A stretch of 62,483 nt of DNA, filler included, from Bipalium vagum (Eukaryota): assembly GCA_037834085.1 (NCBI GenBank). It is 3 parts of 3 records of this genome, joined end to end, with 100 filler letters (N's around TTAATTAATTAA, not from the genome) between each part and the next. Parts side by side here need not be neighbours in the genome. Positions count along the whole stretch, not along the records: positions 44,787 to 62,483 come from JBBMKC010055196.1; 2 more parts are not named here. One strand, written 5' to 3'. Within the stretch, counting starts at the first letter, position 1. Each line of letters begins with the position of its first letter. A program made the position numbers and the translations under genes. This document shows, piece by piece, positions 54,801 through 62,483 of the stretch. Below the pieces are notes generated by a model, which worked only from the letters and a program-made list of their open reading frames with translations, did no database searches and had not been told where the DNA came from.

Positions 54801-57514
54801 CCAGAGCTCATCCCTCCTAGCTTCACAGCTTTGACCCAGAGCGTAAAAAATTATCTTTATTTTTATAAAATCGAAAGAACAATAAAGGGTCAATAAGTAA
54901 CCCACAATGAATGAATCAATGAATTATATCCTGACTCATTCGTTTATCTACACGGCAATATCCCTGGAGTCGTAAAGTAATATAGCAGTGGGATTATTTT
55001 TGTACTGATGTGTTAAGGGAGTTGTGAATTCTTCATTCTAGACACAGATAAGTCTTAGTTTTCCTTTTATGTCTGTGAATGATGAGTATGTGTTGTATTC
55101 TGCGCTGCCCAAGATTGATGAAAAAGAAAGAAATAAACTAAGTGAAGATCAAAAAGAAATATGAAAAAAAGATGGTGCACAAGTGTTGCTTTTTTTAATG
55201 AGCACATCCATTTAGAAGTACTTTGAATTTCTCCAAAAATGATTTTCTTCTAATAGAAAAATATCTATTGTAATTTATGCAATTCTTTGTCTAGCAGCGC
55301 CATAAAATACAATCAGTAATAATTATAGTAATAACAGACTGTTTTCCCTTAAAACATAATTGCATGCTGATTATTGATTTAATATTCATTTCTTTAATAC
55401 CAACATGAAAAAATTGAGATCGATCCAAAAAGAGACTGGTCATTTTGGTAAAAAAACATGATCGACTTATTTTTAAAATTTAATATAAAAGAATTTTCTA
55501 GGTCTGAGAAAATTTGATTTAAATATTAATTTTTTTATCACTTAATAATTTTTTTCAAAAAATGACCTGTAGTTTTGATTGTAAACCGATTGATATTAAC
55601 AATAATTATTGATTTTATTGTAGATAATAATAATATTATTATTGACAGTAATTGTATTTACAATAAGTATAAGAATCTCAATATTAAAATATAATAAAAT
55701 CATTAATATTAGATATCAGTAAAATAATCATAATCGAAAACAGGTTCTAAACATTGTGTTCTGATACCATTCATAAAAATGTATTGTTTGAATTAAATAT
55801 TTATAATAAATGTTTATTTATATTTCTCTCAGAAATTAATCACAAGGGACAGAAAATAAAATTGAGCCGAAATTATATTTTAAATTTATTTGTTTTAATT
55901 CATGAATTAAGAATTAATGGAATATTTATTGTGAAAAATAAAATTAAAATACATTATAATTAAGTCAATCGAATTTGCAGAGGAAAATATTGACATTCAT
56001 CAAGAGTATTTATTTCAATTTTAACTTCTTTTTAGTTATTAAATGTTGATCGGAGAAAATCTAGACTGGATATTGAAATATTTATTTGAAATCCCATTTA
56101 ATTGATTAATTTCTAATTAATTTGTGAATATATTTATATTTCAAAAATTTTCACTTCATCACATTTATGAGTTAAAATTAAATATAATTGGGAATAAAAT
56201 TTGTTTAATTACTTCATTTAAAATGGCTAAATTATCATTTAAATTAGATAAATAATGAAAAATTATTTTTTTTATTAAATAATAATTAAATTGAGTTTTT
56301 AGAAAATTTATTACTTTATGTTTTCTTAGAAGTCTGAATTCATTTAAAAGTTTTGATTCTTTTGATTATAATAACAACTTAAACCATTTTATTATATCCA
56401 ATATAACAATAACCACTTTGTGAATATACCGTGTACTTAAGGTTTAAATCTTCAAATGTAAAAAAATCTATGTAAAAAGTGGACACCCAAATTTAGATTT
56501 CATGTTGGTTTTAAATTTCTTTCTCACCAAAAAATTCTGCATTGACCGGAACAAATATTGTAGTAGGATAATCCAATGTCTGCAATGTATGATGGATGAG
56601 AAAGAATTTGAAACTTCAATTCCTCAAATTGCTTTTGAGAGACTTTTGCAGTGTAAGGCCTGATGGATACTTATTTGCAACGGTTCATCTTTCCAATTTT
56701 TGTGCAAGTGATTAGCAATGATTGAATGATTACATCCGAACATATCCGCAAGTTCTCTTGTAGTTTGCGTTGGATCCAATTCGACATAATCCTTAAGTAC
56801 CTAAGTATCAACAATTTCCGGATGTTTCCCATGCACTTCGTCTTCCAGGATTTCATAACCATTTTTGAAGCACTGAAAATAACGCTGGCACTGTCGAAAT
56901 GATGGAACATAATTACCGAATAATTATATTGGGATTCAGATGGATGTTTTCCTAATTTGAAATCATACAACAGGCAAGTACGTATACAATTTTTATCATT
57001 CATGTTTGACTTAAGATATTTTAAAAATCAAAATATATATAAAACTTTAAATAAAAAATTGGTTTAAAATAAATACAAATAAATCAGATAAACAAATTAT
57101 TTTAACAAAGCAATTTACAATTTTTATAAACGAAATTTCTATACCTGATATATTGGTATACTGATTGGCTAGTAAATTCAAAAATATTAAAATCCGAATT
57201 TCTATTATAATAAAAAATAAATATTTTTATCTCAAAATAATATTTTTTCAAATTTTTGTATAATAATATGAAAGACATTTTAAAAAATTTCAAATTCTTA
57301 GAAGAAAAACAGAAATGAAAAATAAAACAACCAATGTTAAATAATGTAATATTTTAATCATAAGACCTCTCTTTATTATTTGTAAAAAATCAATATAAAC
57401 CATAATACTGAAATATTTTTTTGAAAAAAAGTTAACAAACCTTTGTAAATATCTTTAACTGCATCTACAACAAAAGAAATTGCCACAAAAAGAGCGAAAA
57501 TTTCCTCTGAAGAC
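45816..57514 (-). CDS. SLC4A11: SLC4 family transporter, SLC4A11/BTR1-like; three internal exons (TM5-TM7), partial
   Basis: Minus exons 57441-57514 (RSSEEIFALFVAISFVVDAVKDIYK), 49232-49475 (DFSKHYFSCY...CHREVSILYLFLVAGTVWLAVQLFTSTK) and 45816-45922 (TPFINNAKREMLTDFALPLAVLIMSLIGTYLFREIE) splice in frame via GT-AG. They match SLC4A11 RSTEEII.LF / GTLWL / RE.L.D.ALP.AV..FREIE. Confidence 0.85.
46689..47908 (+). mobile_element. Second DD37D (maT) element, decayed
   Basis: Imperfect TIRs CAGGATGAYAGAAWATTAWGTTGACAAA; SDE..FTIEESHNRQND; IMVWG; FQQDSAPAH...DLNPMDY with ~37 spacing across a frameshift. Confidence 0.85.
47929..48816 (-). mobile_element. Internally deleted Tc1 element
   Basis: Imperfect TIRs (CGCACCGTCAAAA.. 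/ CTCATCGTCAAAA..) with TA flanks; IARPH and PPRYPDLNLIEHV motifs. Confidence 0.8.
53020..53260 (+). mobile_element. Mariner 5' end remnant
   Basis: TA-TTAGGTAACCAAGAAAGTTC TIR-like start and MSIDSKIVRSCMFYEYKL. Confidence 0.55.
54175..54315. other. Assembly gap (no linker)
   Basis: Run of N. Confidence 0.95.
54540..54700 (-). mobile_element. Merlin (IS1595-like) transposase remnant
   Basis: EIYVHRTVNHKMNFVDMETDAHTQN..IWG matches the HxTVNHxxxFVDPxTGAHTQxIE.W signature. Confidence 0.7.
56560..57003 (-). mobile_element. Deleted/decayed mariner (cecropia-like)
   Basis: MNDKNCIRTCLLYDFKLG N-terminus joined to a RPYTAK...LSHPSY C-terminal piece. Confidence 0.7.
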
Positions 57515-59097
57515 CTGTATAAACAAGAAAAAACATTATGGAAAAGTAAAATAATTTAATTTTTCATATTATAATACGAAAAATGTTCCAATTTGAGCAA
57601 TTATTTTTAAGCATATTTATAATATTGCTAAAAATATATTCGAAAAAAGAATAAAATTTTTCATTATCAATAATACTCACATTCAGTAATGCATGTAGAC
57701 ATTTTTGTGGGTGTATTTCATAATATTTTATTTCTCATACATTTTCCTTAGGAGAGATATGTGAATAAATGTATTATATTTAATATATAAACTAAAAATA
57801 TATAAATGTATAAAATAAAAGATTGAAAATACGAAATTTGCTTCACTTTTAAACTATTATTTTATTTTTGTTCTTGATCTCATTTCGTCTTTACAAGACC
57901 ATTTTCGATATTATTTAACTTTGTAAATAAATATTTTCATTATTAAAATTATCCTAATACAACAATTTCCAGAAAATATTGAAACATACAAGTTAAAATG
58001 GGTTTAAATGGCTTCAAGAAAAGAAATATCTAATAATTGGAAGATTTAATTTTACGAATTAATAAAGGACCATTATTTTAAAACATTGATTTATTCTAGA
58101 AAATATATAAGAAAAATGACCAATTAAAAGAAAATTTGGAAGCCACATGAAATATTCCTTTGGTATCTGAGGAAAAGATTGCAGACATTTCTTTGAATGC
58201 TTACAAAGAGCTCTGAGAATTCCATAATTCTGCCTGTCACGTGACGCAAAAATTATTTTCATAATTTCAACAAACTACAATTGTGATTTCGTAATTTTAT
58301 TGATAAATAAAGTAAATATTTAAATATAAATAAATAAAAAATTTCCTACGTATATATTTTCTATATATAATTCTTATTGTGGTAATTACTTTTGATTATC
58401 TAATTTAGGATAATCTTCCCTTTCGCATATTTTATTTCTTATACTCGTTATAACATGTTTGAAGAAAAATATATCATGTACGGCAGTATATACAGCCTCT
58501 TTCATTTTTATTGAACACTTTGCAATTTAATTGAATACATATTTCAAATTTATTGAATACATTTCATTTTTATAATAAGTTTAATTATTAATATAAATGA
58601 CAAAATAATTCTCAGAATCGAAAAACAAGAAAATCAGTTAGCAGAGAAAAGTTAACCGTGTTTAAATTTTTATTGGAAACCGAAATAAAAGAAAATTGAA
58701 GTAATGCACTGATATGCATCTCCAAAAGCACTTATCAAAGTCTTCGTATCAAATATGAAAATGGAGATTTAAATGACTTATCTTCATTTAAATATTTTGC
58801 AGAATTAAAAAGAAATAAAGAAGGACAAGTGATTATTCAAAGAAAATATTTCTCTCATTATTGATTCTTGCTCCAATACGACATTATGAGACATATCCAA
58901 GAACGCACAAACATCAATGTCAACAATTTCAAGAAATACGAAGAAGATGGGTTATTATAGGAAAGTGATAACTATGACAAGTTAAATGCCATATAAACGC
59001 CATATTTTGCATTATTACAATTTTAACATGGCTCTAAGGAATTTATAATTTGTTTTAATAATAATAAATTTTATACAATTTTTAAAAATTCTATATA

Positions 59098-60226
59098 ATG
59101 TCTAAAACTAAAAAGATTGATAAAGAATTACTTATATAGTATGTAAAGATTTATGATAATGGATTTGTGTATCATTCTCAAGACAATTTATATTGTAAAA
59201 TTTGTGATACCTTTGTTAAGCATGATAAGAACTATCATGTGGATGATCATCGAAAATGTAAGAGGTAGTATACGTATATTGATTTTTGACATCTTTTATA
59301 AAGGTAAGACGAATGGTCTATATATTAAAAAAACTTGAAACACAAATGATTAAAAAGGTTGAGCAAAGCTTTATAACAGGAGCTTATGATCAATATGTTA
59401 AGGTGGTCGTTTAAGCATTGACATCTTCCAATATTTCCTTGTATAGCTTAAATAATCCAGAAATAATTAAAATATTTCGATATCTTGGTAAACCGCCCAT
59501 TTCCGAAACAAAGGCAAGATTATATATCTTACAAAGTTTGAAGAACGAAAATAAGTCAAAATTAATTAATTATTTTAAAGATGACAAGATATTTATCGAA
59601 GTCGACGAAACTGAAATTAGATGTAATAAATATGTAAATATATCTGCTGGTACCATAATAAATCCCAGTAATATATTTGTATTAAACTTAATTGACGTGG
59701 TAAATGTTTCAATTGACAATGAGCTTTTTTTGAATTATCTAGATGTAACATTAAATCTCTTCAATATAAAACTGAGCTAGCTTATTTTAATAATTACGGA
59801 CGCAACCAAATATATGATAAAAGGTTTTAAAGTATTAAATAATCAAAACAATTCCATTTTTCATATAGTTTGCCTTGCATATTTAATCAATAATTGTACC
59901 ATGAGAAAAAAGTCAAGCTATATTAATGTTGATAATTGTATAGCTAGAATTTAATTAATCAAATTAAATCAGACATAGTAAAGCCTCCAGAAAATATTAT
60001 TACTAGAAGGTCAACATGGCTGAAAGCAGTATTTTATTATTTAAAGAATTTGCCAGTTATTAAAAAAATTATTAACTCTTTCAAAGATGAAGGGATATTA
60101 ATTAAACGTAATAAAGAGGCTTTGGATAATGAAAATTTAATTATTAATTAATAATTAATGGAAATAATAGAAATTTATAGCGGCCTTATTGATATTTTAG
60201 ATAAATTGAGGACAGGCTATTATATC
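59098..60226 (+). mobile_element. Decayed hAT transposase of the CGGBP1-like group
   Basis: LYCKICD..HVDDH (BED-like), SNISLYSLNNP, IFIEVDET, ITDATKYM, FHIVCLAY, PPENIITR.STWLKAV; multiple stops. Confidence 0.75.
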
Positions 60227-60228
60227 TA

Positions 60229-61489
60229 TTAGGTTGTCCAGTATGAAATTGCGGATTTTCAATATTATTTTTAAAAAGTCAAAAATAGCTTGTAAATAAA
60301 TTTTATTAATTAAAATATTTCTCATCGCTTTTGACACACTGTTACCATCGGGATAATAACTGTTTAATTCCTTTTTGGTAAAACTCCAAACTTCTTGAAT
60401 CGAAAAATTGAGCGATGTCCTTTTCGATAGCACCTGGGTCCTGGAAAATTTTATTAGCCAGAAATGAATCCATATGCTTGAACAGGTGGTAACCTGTAGG
60501 TGACAGATCTTGGGAATAAGCTGGATGAGGCAAAACTTCGTACTGTAAGCCATGTAATTTTTGTAAGGTCACTTTAGAAACATGTGGTCTTGCATTATTC
60601 TGAAACAAGATCGGTCCCTTTCGGTTTACAAGACCTAGTTGTTTTTGAATCAGCTTTGTGTGCATAGTCTTATTTTCTTGACAGTATTACTGTGCGGTAA
60701 TCGTTTTACCTGATTTCAAGAAGTTGTAATGTATTAAGCCATCCTCAGACCAACACGCAGTTATCATAGTCTTCTTGAGGTGAAGGCTTGGTTTAGACAT
60801 GGTTTTCGACTTCGCATCAGAATTTAACCATTGCGCTGATCATCTACGATTGTTGTATACAATCCACATTTATCGCATGTTATAATACGAGACAAAAAGG
60901 GATCAATTTGGTTCCGATTTATTAATGACGAACAGATTTAAAATCGATATTTTTGTTGATTTTCTGTTAAATCATGGGGAATTCATGAATAAAGCTTGTT
61001 AACCTTACAAATCTCTTTTATATGGGTGGAAATTGATGATTTGGACTCATTGAGAACTTGAGTAAGTTCTCTCACATTTGTTTGAATATTTTCTTCGACA
61101 GTTGACTTCAATTGGGTTTCATTTAAGAGGCATTGGAGACTTAGGTTCCCGTCTCGAAATTTTTTGAACCATATCTGTGTTGTTCTTTCGCTTATACTAC
61201 CTTCACCCCATTTAGCATTAATGTTTCGAGTTGCTTCTGATGCATTGTGGTTAAGTTAGAACTCGTATAATATGCATACTCGAATCTGTTGATCAACCAT
61301 GCCTAGTAAAGAACGATCAAGAAAACTTTTACTTTAAATTAATATGCTTACTTTTATATTTATATTAAAGTTTGAAAGTTACTCTTTAATTTGGTATATA
61401 TAAACAAACAATTTATTGTTAACGTTTTTGATTAACTTTAATTTGAAAATTAATATAAGAAATCTGCAATTTCATACTGGACAACCTAA
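60229..61489 (-). mobile_element. Full-length mariner (cecropia/Hsmar1-like), inactivated transposase 61300-60342
   Basis: 30-bp TIRs TTAGGTTGTCCAGTATGAAATTGCRGATTT (1 mismatch), TA flanks, 1261 bp; MVDQQIRVCILYEF..., QNNARPH, HPAYSQDLSPTGY; stops and frameshifts. Confidence 0.95.
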
Positions 61490-62483
61490 TAAATGAGAGA
61501 ATTTGTACCAAAGGGAAGAAATTCTGAAGTTTTTATTTAACATTTTATTTATAAATTACATTTTTATATTAATGTATATACTTAAATGTAATAAATATTT
61601 AATATGCATTTTTTCTTTTATATTTAATGACAACTTTGTAATGATGAAAAATTTCAATAAAAATGTAATTGGAAAAAGTTTAAAATTAATTAAAATGCAA
61701 AATGAGTTCCATAAAAATGAAAAGGGCTGCAAGAATATATAATGTAAACTAATCATTATTTATATTTTTTGGATTATATTGTTATCACCAAGCTTTCATA
61801 CTTTGTGATATTAACATTTTATATTAATATTATTATTTTATGGAATCTGAAGAATTGGTTAGTTTTCAAATCAATATTTTTGAAGTCAGCATTCTAGGTT
61901 CAGAATTGAGAAAAGGATCATATGAAGGTTATGGGTTTCTGATCTTCAAATTTTATCTTGATACGGTGACAGGAAATTGTTTTAATCTCCGCTATTACTA
62001 AATATATGTAATTGGAAACAATCTCAAGCAAAATTATCAAAAAACAACAAAATTTGAAGATCACATTTATCCATAGCAAAAAAGATTTTTATATAAATAC
62101 AAATTCTGTCCGATAACGTATAAAAATATAATTATAAAAAGAAATTCTAATATTCGTTTTATCAATAGATTATAGTCAACAGGAAGCGTGGAATGTCGAA
62201 ATCTTTAGAAAAATGAAGTGGTTCCAAGTGACAACGAATTTGAAAAGAAAAATTTTTGATTACCACAATCTGATTTTCTTTATATTATAAAGTTATTTTA
62301 ACAAAATAGTAATTTTGAAAAGTGTTAAGAGTTGTAACCGATTTTTCAAGAACTGATATATTGTAACAGAGAAATGCATACATTGACAAAAGAAATACAT
62401 TGTGTATTTTTCATTTCACATCAAATTAGACTGTGTGAATAATGTACGTATCAGATTTTGAAGCTCAACAATATATATATATA

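Overview
Very AT-rich eukaryotic (animal) genomic DNA with many 40-80 nt GT-AG introns plus some kb-scale introns full of transposon debris. The gene content fits a lophotrochozoan, best a free-living flatworm; this is an inference. I assembled six host genes by hand from splice sites and protein motifs: (1) a non-alpha nAChR-family subunit with the anion-selective PAK pore motif (3033-7376,+); (2) a signal-less tandem double-CAP/SCP (GAPR-1/group-2 VAL-like) protein (9122-19304,+); (3) an ERK5/MAPK7 orthologue with a TQY activation loop (25404-30286,+); (4) an intronless GPR19-like GPCR (30559-31767,+); (5) a ~26-exon Lys-rich, Pro-poor collagen IV chain (36267-42770,+); (6) three internal exons of an SLC4A11-like transporter on the minus strand (45816-57514), two of which the ORF track misses. 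Around them lie mariner, Tc1, DD37D/maT, MITE, hAT (CGGBP1-like), Merlin, Gypsy, Penelope-like and LINE remnants. There are also three decayed patches of a Polinton/Maverick (adintovirus-like) virion module: penton plus packaging ATPase, a major-capsid N-terminus, and a second ATPase. A candidate orphan spliced transcript lies head-to-head with ERK5. Two 100-bp gaps carry an artificial TTAATTAATTAA linker, so adjacency across them is uncertain. All family assignments are from motif recall; no searches were run.
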